Below, piece by piece: positions 1-7,746 of a stretch of 34,431 bases of DNA. Source of the stretch: a virus (Duplodnaviria; Caudoviricetes). The notes beneath the pieces are model-generated. The model made no database searches. It saw only the letters and a list, made by a program, of their open reading frames with translations, and was not told the DNA's origin. The first letter of the stretch is position 1; every line of letters begins with the position of its first letter. Location: positions 1-34,431 of the IMG/VR virus record IMGVR_UViG_3300011335_000220. One strand, written 5' to 3'. Position numbers and translations under genes: made by a program.

Positions 1-127
1 CCTAGTGGCTGACCGGGGGGGAGGGTATGCCGCCTTGCTGGAATCGACCCCTGGCGCTATGTGCGAGACCATCGTGCTTTCTGCGTAATACACCACCCCT
101 GTACCCCCGTTGCAATTCCATACGACC
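1..127 (+). repeat. Terminal direct repeat, copy 1 (probably assembly overlap)
   Basis: cctagtggctgacc...ccatacgacc is identical to 34305-34431. Confidence 0.95.
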
Positions 128-165
128 ATTTGGATTTGTTACAAGGCCCTATCTACCTACAATGC

Positions 166-984
166 CTACTGTCCGTTGCAGTTCTCCTCTAGCCTGGCCC
201 TGGCAAAGTCGAGGATGCTCTGTGGTTCTGCTGGCCTCGCCTTCAACCAGATCTCAAGGTCATGCCTGAGCATTGCCTCTGTCATTTCACACATTGCAAT
301 CATTTCAAATCCTTTTAAATCTAAATCATTTATTAACTTTTCTTTCAAAAACACATTCCTATACACTTCTTGGACTATGCCCTCGCAGTTGTTATGCGTT
401 ACCAGAACATTCCCAGAGGCTTTCTTTATCACTTCTAAGGCCTCAGCCTTAACTGGTAATTTAATCGTCTTACGAGCCGTTCTAGTGGCTTTTAGCGGTA
501 CTGTACTCATGCTTTGTTGCTCCTCTTCTATCATCTGTGGACTTCTGCTCTCATCGGACACCATCGCCATCGCGTCATCTGTGCCGATATCTTCATTGAA
601 TATCACTCTCGTAGTACTGGTGTGGCTATTCTTGCCTCCTTGCACAATCGTTTTTATATAATTATTTTTTCTTAATGCTATGAGTTGGCGTGTGATTGCT
701 GGCCGACTAACGCCGAGGTCTCTGGCCAACCTATCTTGTCCGACCCAAGTAATTCCAGCCCTGTTGCAGTAACTACACAACAAACCCAATACTCTGATGG
801 CTCCGTTGTCCAGGCTCCTATCCTTGAGCGCTCGCAATGGCATCACCGCGATTTGCCTCTGATCTGGTGGTGCTGGCTTTATCTTTACTTTGGGTTGTTT
901 AGGCAGTTTGAAACCGCTAGGTTGAGAACTTGCGCCGTTAGGCGGGATTAAGAAGTTTGGTTTATCCCCGTTTAAAACCTTCAT
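166..984 (-). CDS. HTH replication-initiator-like DNA-binding protein
   Basis: RVLGLLCSYCNRAGITWVGQDRLARDLGVSRPAITRQLIALRKNNYI resembles the N-terminal wHTH of phage initiators; ATGA coupling to the upstream ORF. Confidence 0.75.
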   Translation of the reverse strand: MKVLNGDKPNFLIPPNGASSQPSGFKLPKQPKVKIKPAPPDQRQIAVMPLRALKDRSLDNGAIRVLGLLCSYCNRAGITWVGQDRLARDLGVSRPAITRQLIALRKNNYIKTIVQGGKNSHTSTTRVIFNEDIGTDDAMAMVSDESRSPQMIEEEQQSMSTVPLKATRTARKTIKLPVKAEALEVIKKASGNVLVTHNNCEGIVQEVYRNVFLKEKLINDLDLKGFEMIAMCEMTEAMLRHDLEIWLKARPAEPQSILDFARARLEENCNGQ

Positions 985-1217
985 AGAATCTCACCCGCTA
1001 TAAAAAGGGGTTCAATCACTTTCGTGATGTATCGATCGTTTATCGCCGTGTCTAGGATCTTCTCCCTCAGAGTGCTAGGCCCGATCTCTTCGATGGTCAT
1101 CCCCCCTGATTCGACTGCGTTTATCTTGGTCTGGTGATACTCCATTCCAAAGGGCTGGGTTATGGCCCCGTTGCCACAGTCTAAACCCATATCTATAGAA
1201 AAGTAAATAGGGTTCAT
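981..1217 (-). CDS. Hypothetical protein
   Basis: 78 aa; ATGA overlaps at both ends; no recognisable motif. Confidence 0.5.
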   Translation of the reverse strand: MNPIYFSIDMGLDCGNGAITQPFGMEYHQTKINAVESGGMTIEEIGPSTLREKILDTAINDRYITKVIEPLFIAGEIL

Positions 1218-1381
1218 ACCAGGCTAGGCGGCAATTGAAAATGCGGTATCTCATTAGTCCACCAGCTATAGCCGCACTCCTTGCAGACTCTACGCCTACA
1301 GAGCCAGTTGTTGGTATCGTGGTGCCTGGTCTCAGCCACCTTGATGTCTTGGCTATCGCAATGCTCGTTAACGCAAATCAT
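1214..1381 (-). CDS. NrdR-N-like zinc-ribbon protein (55 aa, absent from the ORF track)
   Basis: MICVNEHCDSQDIKVAETRHHDTNNWLCRRRVCKECGYSWWTNE; ATGA overlaps at both ends. Confidence 0.8.
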   Translation of the reverse strand: MICVNEHCDSQDIKVAETRHHDTNNWLCRRRVCKECGYSWWTNEIPHFQLPPSLV

Positions 1382-1725
1382 TCTTTGTTCTCTCGGTTGT
1401 ATATCTCTAGCATGGCATTTCTGAGTGCGTCATAGCCAGCGTGGCCACGCACCTCTGCCACTTTCGCGAGGTGCAACTGCCTGGTCTTTCGAGTTCTAAA
1501 TCTCTTGAGTACTGTTTTAGCCTCAGCATACAAGCGGTACTCTTCCGAGTAGTTTCCGACTGTCTGGCCATCAGGCAGATGAAGTAGCCGCCTTCCTGGG
1601 TGAAATTCACCACAAGCGAAACATCTAAGTCGGGAGTCATCTACTTCTTTTCCCTGGCCTGTTTCCGCTCCCAGCAATCCTTGCACATCCACCGCTTTTG
1701 TCTTTTGTTTGCGCTTATTATCCAT
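1378..1725 (-). CDS. Hypothetical phage protein with CxxC-xxx-H; start uncertain
   Basis: CFACGEFH followed by a helical SEEYRLYAEAK...VRGHAGYDALR segment; stop is coupled to the next gene; overlaps the upstream gene by 85 nt. Confidence 0.65.
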   Translation of the reverse strand: MDNKRKQKTKAVDVQGLLGAETGQGKEVDDSRLRCFACGEFHPGRRLLHLPDGQTVGNYSEEYRLYAEAKTVLKRFRTRKTRQLHLAKVAEVRGHAGYDALRNAMLEIYNRENKE

Positions 1726-1835
1726 GCACCATTTCTAAAGTCTTTGCCGAACTGACAGTTACTGCACCAGCGTTTGCCGGTGATTGAACTCTCAGCCTGT
1801 ACGGCCTTGGTATATACATCATTCTCGTGGCTCAT
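1641..1835 (-). CDS. Small zinc-finger protein
   Basis: WCSNCQ...WMCKDCW; ATGA overlap with rusA; upstream GAGGGTG. Confidence 0.75.
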   Translation of the reverse strand: MSHENDVYTKAVQAESSITGKRWCSNCQFGKDFRNGAWIISANKRQKRWMCKDCWERKQAREKK

Positions 1836-2191
1836 TGCTCACCCTCTACCCATATCATTACTCTTGCCTGGCCGCCGCTGACTGTGCCTGTGCCGCGATA
1901 GATGTTGATCTGGTCTATCTGCTCATCATCATCAAACACGCCAGCGTCCTGGAGGCTATCTAGTAAGGCCTTAACCCGGTTGTCTATGTCGTACTTACGC
2001 TTATCCTTAGGCCACAACACAATCTCAAGCTGGAGTCTGGCCGCGCCCAGCTTAGGTGTATTGCTCTGGCTTATGTACTCAGCTACGGCCTTCTTATAAT
2101 CGCGCCCTTGCTTGCTCATGTATGTGGCATGAGCGCCGCGCCTGTAGTAGGTGTTGACGCTCGGTGGGAATGGTAGGTTAAGGATAATCAA
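1832..2191 (-). CDS. rusA: RusA Holliday-junction resolvase
   Basis: LPFPPSVNTYYR; RKYDIDNRVKALLDSL; FDDDEQID catalytic motifs. Confidence 0.93.
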   Translation of the reverse strand: MIILNLPFPPSVNTYYRRGAHATYMSKQGRDYKKAVAEYISQSNTPKLGAARLQLEIVLWPKDKRKYDIDNRVKALLDSLQDAGVFDDDEQIDQINIYRGTGTVSGGQARVMIWVEGEQ

Positions 2192-2361
2192 GATAGCATC
2201 TGGGTTAGACGCTGGCCTAGATCTCCTTGCTTACCAAGAGATGCCCTCAACTCCTCATTGATAATGCTGGCAATGGTTTTCTTACGCTCCTGGGCGGTCT
2301 GTTCTAACAATGTTCTAACATCTGGGCGCAATCGCACTAGGAATGGTTTTAGTTCTGACAT
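2188..2361 (-). CDS. Arc/ribbon-helix-helix-like regulator (57 aa)
   Basis: MSELKPFLVRLRPDVRTLLEQTAQERKKTIASIINEEL (beta strand then two helices); AGGAG ahead of ATG 2361 argues against the longer track ORF. Confidence 0.8.
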   Translation of the reverse strand: MSELKPFLVRLRPDVRTLLEQTAQERKKTIASIINEELRASLGKQGDLGQRLTQMLS

Positions 2362-2380
2362 CTTTTCTCCTGTTTGTGGG

Positions 2381-2449
2381 TCGGATAGCACAGTCTTTTT
2401 AGACTTTCGTCTGCGAGTACTCGTGCTGAATAGTGTCAGTACTATCCGA
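2381..2449 (-). ncRNA. Candidate structured 5' leader RNA (multi-stem junction)
   Basis: UCGGAUAGUAC pairs with GUGCUAUCCGA (one G-U, favouring the minus strand) and encloses CUGA/UCAG, CGAGUACUCG and AGAC-GAAA-GUCU elements; begins just after the predicted promoter. Confidence 0.55.
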
Positions 2450-2457
2450 TATCTGTG

Positions 2458-2486
2458 AGCATACAGGATCACTACATATAGCGCAA
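2458..2486 (-). promoter_or_regulatory. Sigma70-type leftward promoter
   Basis: TTGCGC-N17-TATGCT in the divergent intergenic region. Confidence 0.6.
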
Positions 2487-2547
2487 TAACTAGGGAAAAC
2501 ACCTACGAATTAATCAAAAATAAGTGTTGTAAAACTACATTTAGTCC

Positions 2548-2575
2548 TTGACGGGCATTCTGACTGTGGTAAAGT
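2548..2575 (+). promoter_or_regulatory. Sigma70-type rightward promoter with extended -10
   Basis: TTGACG-N16-TAAAGT with TGn before the -10. Confidence 0.65.
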
Positions 2576-2582
2576 CTCATCT

Positions 2583-2596
2583 AAGCGATATCGCTT
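2583..2596. promoter_or_regulatory. Palindromic operator, copy 1
   Basis: Perfect 14-bp palindrome AAGCGATATCGCTT; the 12-bp core recurs at 33273-33284. Confidence 0.7.
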
Positions 2597-2625
2597 TTAA
2601 CCACCCAGATAGAGGAGTTAACAAC

Positions 2626-2868
2626 ATGAATTTAGAAATCAGAAAATTAGATACAGGCTACTTTGTAGCGTTTGTAGATGGCGTAGAAACAGATTACGGC
2701 ATCCAGATTACTAGCCATCCAAGCGGCACACGCAACAAGTCCACATACAAAGTAATGCGCGGCTCTGTTGAGATTAGCCCAAAGCCAACTCATATGTTTT
2801 GCATCCAGATGAATTTGCATAAAGCAAAAGCATTTTTGACTAAGGCTATTCAAAAGGAGATTGCATAA
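2626..2868 (+). CDS. Hypothetical early protein (80 aa)
   Basis: AGAGGAG upstream of ATG 2626; TAATG coupling to the next gene. Confidence 0.75.
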   Translation: MNLEIRKLDTGYFVAFVDGVETDYGIQITSHPSGTRNKSTYKVMRGSVEISPKPTHMFCIQMNLHKAKAFLTKAIQKEIA

Positions 2869-3059
2869 TGCGCTTAAAAGGACAAGGCCGCAAAGAGTAC
2901 ATCGTTATTCGTCAAGAGTTCGATGTACGCCCCTGGAATGGCCAACCAGACGAACAAGTAGTTAGCTTGCCAATGACAGAAAAGCGTGCAGTTGAGGCCG
3001 TATTGCATTACGAGCGCCTTGGCTATTTCAAAGTTGATTATCAGAAAGTGAGCAAATAA
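2868..3059 (+). CDS. Hypothetical early protein
   Basis: AAGGAG RBS; TAATG overlaps at both ends. Confidence 0.7.
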   Translation: MRLKGQGRKEYIVIRQEFDVRPWNGQPDEQVVSLPMTEKRAVEAVLHYERLGYFKVDYQKVSK

Positions 3060-3715
3060 TGTTTGTTGCCTACTACCGCGTATCAACTCAGCGCCAGGGC
3101 CAATCAGGCCTTGGCCTTGAGGCCCAGCAATCAGCAGTAGCACAGTACTGCGCTGGCAAAGAAATCATTGCAGAGTTCACAGAGATCGAGTCAGGCCGCA
3201 AGACAGATCGCCCACAACTTATCGCCGCTTTGGCGTTAGCTAAAAAGAACAAGGCCATTCTGGTCATTGCAAAGCTAGATCGCTTGGCCCGTAATGTTCA
3301 CTTCATCTCTGGTCTTTTAGAGTCTGGTGTGCAGTTCATTGCAGTCGATATGCCAGAGGCTGACCGCACATTCCTACAGATGGCCGCGGTGTTTGCTGAG
3401 TGGGAGGCACGGAAGATATCTGAGCGTACTAAGAGCGCTCTACAGGCCGCCAAAGTACGCGGTACTGTCTTGGGTAGCCCAACACCAGAAGTCGGCTCTA
3501 AGCGCGGTATAGAGGTCATACAGGCCAAAGCTAACGCATATGCATTCAAGGTAGCGCCATCACTTCAAAGTATTGTCGCTCAAGTTGGTTCCAACTTGCG
3601 TGATGTGGCCGCGGAGTTGCAGTTACGCGGCATTAAAACCGCCAGGGGTAATGATGCCTGGCACCCAGCCCAAGTAGCACAACTTTTAAGGAGAGTAAAC
3701 CATGCAGTCGCTTAA
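3059..3715 (+). CDS. Small serine recombinase (resolvase/invertase family)
   Basis: AYYRVST (catalytic Ser), ESG, RPQL, VIAKLDRLAR, ISERTK; short C-terminal DNA-binding domain. Confidence 0.93.
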   Translation: MFVAYYRVSTQRQGQSGLGLEAQQSAVAQYCAGKEIIAEFTEIESGRKTDRPQLIAALALAKKNKAILVIAKLDRLARNVHFISGLLESGVQFIAVDMPEADRTFLQMAAVFAEWEARKISERTKSALQAAKVRGTVLGSPTPEVGSKRGIEVIQAKANAYAFKVAPSLQSIVAQVGSNLRDVAAELQLRGIKTARGNDAWHPAQVAQLLRRVNHAVA

Positions 3716-3827
3716 TCAACACAACAAATCATCCAAGGACTTGTACAAGTCTGAGGACTCAATCGCAGACAGAGTTATTGGCGCGACCGCGTTCATTGCT
3801 TTTGTCCTTATTGTAGTTTTTGCCTAA
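3702..3827 (+). CDS. Small membrane peptide (41 aa, absent from the track)
   Basis: AAGGAG RBS; MQSLNQ...VIGATAFIAFVLIVVFA hydrophobic C-terminus. Confidence 0.65.
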   Translation: MQSLNQHNKSSKDLYKSEDSIADRVIGATAFIAFVLIVVFA

Positions 3828-3840
3828 AGGAGTAGTCAGT

Positions 3841-4008
3841 ATGAATTTAGAAGATATAGAGTCACCTTACATTCCAGCCGCCAAGACCAACATCATGCGT
3901 ACGCTAAAGCGTACTGGATGGGTGCCACCATCGGAGAACAAAGAGTATCAAAAAAAATGGGAATACTACAGATCAATTGCTTTTAGAAACGAAAGGAAAA
4001 TGAAGTGA
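3841..4008 (+). CDS. Hypothetical protein
   Basis: AAGGAG RBS; YIPAAKTNIMRTLKRTGWVPPSE. Confidence 0.7.
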   Translation: MNLEDIESPYIPAAKTNIMRTLKRTGWVPPSENKEYQKKWEYYRSIAFRNERKMK

Positions 4009-4250
4009 ACACACAACTAGAACAAGTAATGAGCCACCTAAAATCCCGTAAACGCACAGGCATCACTAGCTGGTATGCCATCGAGTCTTACGGCATCACG
4101 CGCCTAGCGCACTACATACATCAACTGCGTACCAGGGGATGGCAGATTGATGATGAATACGAACACGATCCTGATAGACCTAATCACAAATGGAAACGCT
4201 ACTGGCTTACTAAAGCGCCGTCTATGGCCGCAATGAAGAGGGCAAAATGA
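4005..4250 (+). CDS. Winged-helix DNA-binding protein
   Basis: ITSWYAIESYGITRLAHYIHQLRTRGWQI pattern; GTGA overlap. Confidence 0.8.
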   Translation: MNTQLEQVMSHLKSRKRTGITSWYAIESYGITRLAHYIHQLRTRGWQIDDEYEHDPDRPNHKWKRYWLTKAPSMAAMKRAK

Positions 4251-4417
4251 TGGACTATTCTGAATACCTACTACGCATTAATCGCTTAATGCAAGAGACT
4301 CATAAGGCCGCACAGGCCAATAACTATGAGATCGCAAGCGATATGTCAGCGGAGGTAGCTCGTTACGCTATCAGTCTTGCCGCATACTTTGAATCAAAAA
4401 CACCTACGGAGATCTAA
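4247..4417 (+). CDS. Hypothetical protein (56 aa, absent from the track)
   Basis: MMDYSEYLLRINRLMQETHKAA...; ATGA overlap; fills the gap before the exonuclease. Confidence 0.7.
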   Translation: MMDYSEYLLRINRLMQETHKAAQANNYEIASDMSAEVARYAISLAAYFESKTPTEI

Positions 4418-4418
4418 C

Positions 4419-5375
4419 ATGGTTGGGAAAGTCACACCAAACGATATGCTATCTGCAAGCCGCCTACCAGCGGTCTGTGGGATGAGCGTATACCGCTCAC
4501 CTAATGATGAGTTGCTCTCATCTATCGATGCCATCAATGGTATATCACCGCCTGATATATCAAATGAGGCTATGGGATGGGGCAATAAGATGGAGCCTAC
4601 TATCTTGCTTGAGGCCGCTAACAGGCTGAACTGTAAGGATCTGGAGATCGATTACCAGACGGCATTCTTTCACGATAAATGGCCCCTGTCTTGTTCATTA
4701 GATGGCACCGCATACGGCAAGGGTCAGGTCATCGTCAGCGATCCAGACAATGGCATCTATGTGGTTGGCAAGGACTCGATCACGCTCGATGGTATGGGCG
4801 TGTTAGAGGCCAAGCTAACCTCGATGCCAGCGGAAGATGTATTGCCTCTGTATCGTGGGCCTATACAGTTGCAAGCGCAGATGTCAATTATGAAAGCTGG
4901 CTGGGGCGCGGTATGCACTCTCTACCAGGGTACGCAGTTGCGGATCTTCCTATTTGAGCCACATCTTCCTACATTGCGATTGATCCAGGAGACTAGCAAG
5001 ACATTCCAGGACAAGCTAGACCGCTATAAGAACACCGGCGAGATTGATTACTATCCACCGATTAATCCAAAGGATGCGGCCAGGACTTGGGCTAGTGGAT
5101 CAGATGATGAGCCTGTAGTACTTGATACTTATGCTGAAGAGTTAACTAAGTTACTTATAGAAAATAAACAAAAAATTACAAAAGCAGAAGAGGAAAACTC
5201 CAAAATACAAACAGAGATTATGGGAATGCTTAAGAACCGCACCGCTGGCATTGCTGGTGACTATCGGATCTCATGGCCTACCCGTACATATAAAGCCCAG
5301 CCAAGCAAGATTACACCGGCAAAAGAGGCTTACACAATTCGTCAATCCACTCTCACGATAAAGGAATCAAAATGA
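4419..5375 (+). CDS. YqaJ/lambda-type recombination exonuclease
   Basis: LSASRL, WGNKMEP, SCSLDG, LEAK, IQLQAQM PD-(D/E)xK motifs; GGAG before ATG 4419. Confidence 0.88.
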   Translation: MVGKVTPNDMLSASRLPAVCGMSVYRSPNDELLSSIDAINGISPPDISNEAMGWGNKMEPTILLEAANRLNCKDLEIDYQTAFFHDKWPLSCSLDGTAYGKGQVIVSDPDNGIYVVGKDSITLDGMGVLEAKLTSMPAEDVLPLYRGPIQLQAQMSIMKAGWGAVCTLYQGTQLRIFLFEPHLPTLRLIQETSKTFQDKLDRYKNTGEIDYYPPINPKDAARTWASGSDDEPVVLDTYAEELTKLLIENKQKITKAEEENSKIQTEIMGMLKNRTAGIAGDYRISWPTRTYKAQPSKITPAKEAYTIRQSTLTIKESK

Positions 5376-6346
5376 GTTTAGTAAAACACCAGGGCTTTGC
5401 CCCACAAACCATGACAGAGGCTATCGAGTTCAGTTCAATGCTCTCTAGATCGCAGATGGTACCTAAGAACTACCAGAACAAGCCAGAGGATATCCTTGTG
5501 GCCGTCCAATGGGGTTACGAGATCGGTCTCGCGCCCCTACAGGCTTTGCAGAATATCTCTGTAATCAATGGCAAGCCATCGGTATATGGTGATGCGGCAA
5601 TGGCATTAGTACAGGCCAGCCCAGTTTGCGAGGATGTGCAAGAGACTATAGAGGGTGACGGCACCAGTAATCCTGTGGCTATCTGCCGGGTTAAACGCAA
5701 GGGCCGCTCTGAGGTGGTGTCTAAGTACTCTGTTGAGGATGCCAAGCGCGCTGGTCTATGGGGTAAGCAAGGGCCTTGGTCTCAATATCCCAAGAGAATG
5801 CTCCAGATGCGCGCCAGAGGCTTTGCTTTAAGAGATGCGTTCCCTGATGTCCTTAAAGGTTTAATCACCGCTGAGGAGGCTCAGGATATGCCTGTGGATG
5901 AGGTAATTAATAAGCCAATAAAGATTGCGTCTAACAATCCATTGGATGCTATCCCAGCGTTGTCAGTTTCAGAGCCAGAAGTTTTGGATATATCAGCTGA
6001 TAAGTGTCTCCAAAATACAACAGTTGAAGAGATGCCTGTGCCACCTATGGAGGATGCTCCGCTACCCGTAGTTTCAAATGGTTATCCTAAGCCTGGTACC
6101 TACAAGCTAAACATTCCCGGCAAAGAGGCTATTGTTTGTGAGGGTATTGAGTCTTGGATGGAGTCTTATAACGATATGGCTGATAAGGTTGCCAGATCTA
6201 AACTATCTAAAGAGATTAAGGCCAGCAAAATAGGTGAGTTCAATACTCTGAATGCTGATGTCTTAGGGTTGTTGAGTGCAGTTCAAAAGGCTGGTATGAC
6301 CGCACACAAGCAAAAGCGTAAGGCTATGTTGGACGCGTCTAGCTAA
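5372..6346 (+). CDS. recT: RecT-like single-strand annealing protein
   Basis: GYEIGLAPLQALQNISVINGKP; AKRAGLWGKQGPWSQYPKRML; LRDAFPDVLKG; paired with the exonuclease. Confidence 0.8.
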   Translation: MSLVKHQGFAPQTMTEAIEFSSMLSRSQMVPKNYQNKPEDILVAVQWGYEIGLAPLQALQNISVINGKPSVYGDAAMALVQASPVCEDVQETIEGDGTSNPVAICRVKRKGRSEVVSKYSVEDAKRAGLWGKQGPWSQYPKRMLQMRARGFALRDAFPDVLKGLITAEEAQDMPVDEVINKPIKIASNNPLDAIPALSVSEPEVLDISADKCLQNTTVEEMPVPPMEDAPLPVVSNGYPKPGTYKLNIPGKEAIVCEGIESWMESYNDMADKVARSKLSKEIKASKIGEFNTLNADVLGLLSAVQKAGMTAHKQKRKAMLDASS

Positions 6347-6815
6347 GGTACAGGGCGCGTTCATCATTGCGCCTTGATACCAATCCTTTAAGCACCTTGC
6401 CGCCAGCCTTAGTCCAATCTAGAAAGGCCTCGGCGGCACCTTCATAGTCACCTCGATTGTGTTTCATTCTGAGGCTAGAGCGTTGAAGATTACCTAACCC
6501 TACATTGAAAGCAAAGCTGGTGAGCGCACCAAGGCGGCCAGCAGTAAGGCCATCAGGGCATAGTCTGCGTACCCCGTTTTCAAAACTGACCAGATCTTTA
6601 GCAAGCATCTCATCTACTTCTCCCATTGATAAGGTTCTATCCCATCCATCAGGGATCGGCAACGCTTTGCGCTCTGCCAGCGGTACCCTAATATGTAATT
6701 GATCGATTACATGGCCAACGCCTACAGTCCATATTAACGCCGGGCATTGATATGGCTTAAGTCGCACACCTTCGTGATGCTTAATCATGTCAATGACACG
6801 CTTATCTAAACTCAT
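6339..6815 (-). CDS. Endolysin, GH24 lysozyme
   Basis: HEGVRLKPYQCPALIWTVGVGH (E-x8-C-x5-T); SFAFNVG; GLVSRRNDERALY. Confidence 0.93.
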   Translation of the reverse strand: MSLDKRVIDMIKHHEGVRLKPYQCPALIWTVGVGHVIDQLHIRVPLAERKALPIPDGWDRTLSMGEVDEMLAKDLVSFENGVRRLCPDGLTAGRLGALTSFAFNVGLGNLQRSSLRMKHNRGDYEGAAEAFLDWTKAGGKVLKGLVSRRNDERALYLS

Positions 6816-7294
6816 TTTTTAAATGCTTGTGTACCGAACCAGAAAGATACAACTGATGCCCAGATAATCTGCGTCTCGTTATCCCATAACATATCAAGGG
6901 CAACAGTAAAGTCAACGCCAGTACGCCAGGCATACAGAAATCCAAATATCTCTACAAAAGCAAACAAGATAAATAAACCATAGGTAATAAAGCTACGAGT
7001 AAATGCACGAGCATTAATTACCCATTGTGCCGCGCCCTGGCCGATGGCTATGTCGTGTGCATATAAGGCCTCACGCTCTTTCTCTGCTGACTGTATGGCA
7101 ATCTGCTCTGTATGGATCTCTTCTACCTTGGCCTGGGCAATGTATCCCTCTTTGAGCATCTGCAACTCACGCTCAGTCTGCATCTTAACGAGTTCTAGTT
7201 CATGTGCTTTGTCTGATTTATCTTGGAAAAAATCCATCAGCTTTGGTAGGCCACCAGCTAGGAATGAAACAAGAGTAGTGAGCAAGGTAAACAT
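6812..7294 (-). CDS. Putative holin (3-TM, GTA-holin-like)
   Basis: Hydrophobic N-terminus, DKAHELEL, two further hydrophobic segments ending SFWFG; adjacent to the lysozyme. Confidence 0.7.
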   Translation of the reverse strand: MFTLLTTLVSFLAGGLPKLMDFFQDKSDKAHELELVKMQTERELQMLKEGYIAQAKVEEIHTEQIAIQSAEKEREALYAHDIAIGQGAAQWVINARAFTRSFITYGLFILFAFVEIFGFLYAWRTGVDFTVALDMLWDNETQIIWASVVSFWFGTQAFKK

Positions 7295-7743
7295 TATTTA
7301 ATTCCCCAAGTTAAGTACCAGGCAATACATCCAGCCACAAAGAAACACCAGAACTGCAACCGCTTTACGGCCTTGACATCGTGCTGGTATTCCTCATTAT
7401 TTTTGCGTTCCATATTCTCTATATCCAATTTAATTTTAAGTACTGATTCCCACTCTTTGGCTCCATGCTTTTTAACAAAGTCTATCTTTAGTTTTGCCTC
7501 TTCATCGGAGATCTGTTTCTTATGTCTCCAAGAATCAAGCGCTTTAATCAGCGCTCGCTCTTTCTTTAGGTCTGACTCACGCCTTGCCCGTATGCGCTCT
7601 TGCGCTTGTTTCTGGGCTACATCTAAGCCATCCTGTTGGATGTTCTCTATGCTTTTAGATAGCCCTTTGCTGGCCTCACGACTTGAGTCTAGACTACTGC
7701 TTAATAACTTTACGCTATCCGATAATCCGAATGGATCAGACAC
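7294..7743 (-). CDS. Coiled-coil protein with C-terminal membrane anchor
   Basis: Charged helical body; FWCFFVAGCIAWYLTWG tail; start codon uncertain. Confidence 0.7.
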   Translation of the reverse strand: MSDPFGLSDSVKLLSSSLDSSREASKGLSKSIENIQQDGLDVAQKQAQERIRARRESDLKKERALIKALDSWRHKKQISDEEAKLKIDFVKKHGAKEWESVLKIKLDIENMERKNNEEYQHDVKAVKRLQFWCFFVAGCIAWYLTWGIK

Positions 7744-7746
7744 ATC

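Noticed and set aside
110-661. 183-aa plus-strand ORF and the many other antisense ORFs over late genes
   Set aside because: Shadows of well-supported opposite-strand genes; no RBS or motifs.
1407-1640. MTPDLDV ORF
   Set aside because: The overlapping frame is more protein-like and is coupled to the next gene.
2362-2502. Hydrophobic N-terminal extension of the RHH ORF
   Set aside because: Spans the promoter and RNA leader; a clear AGGAG precedes ATG 2361.
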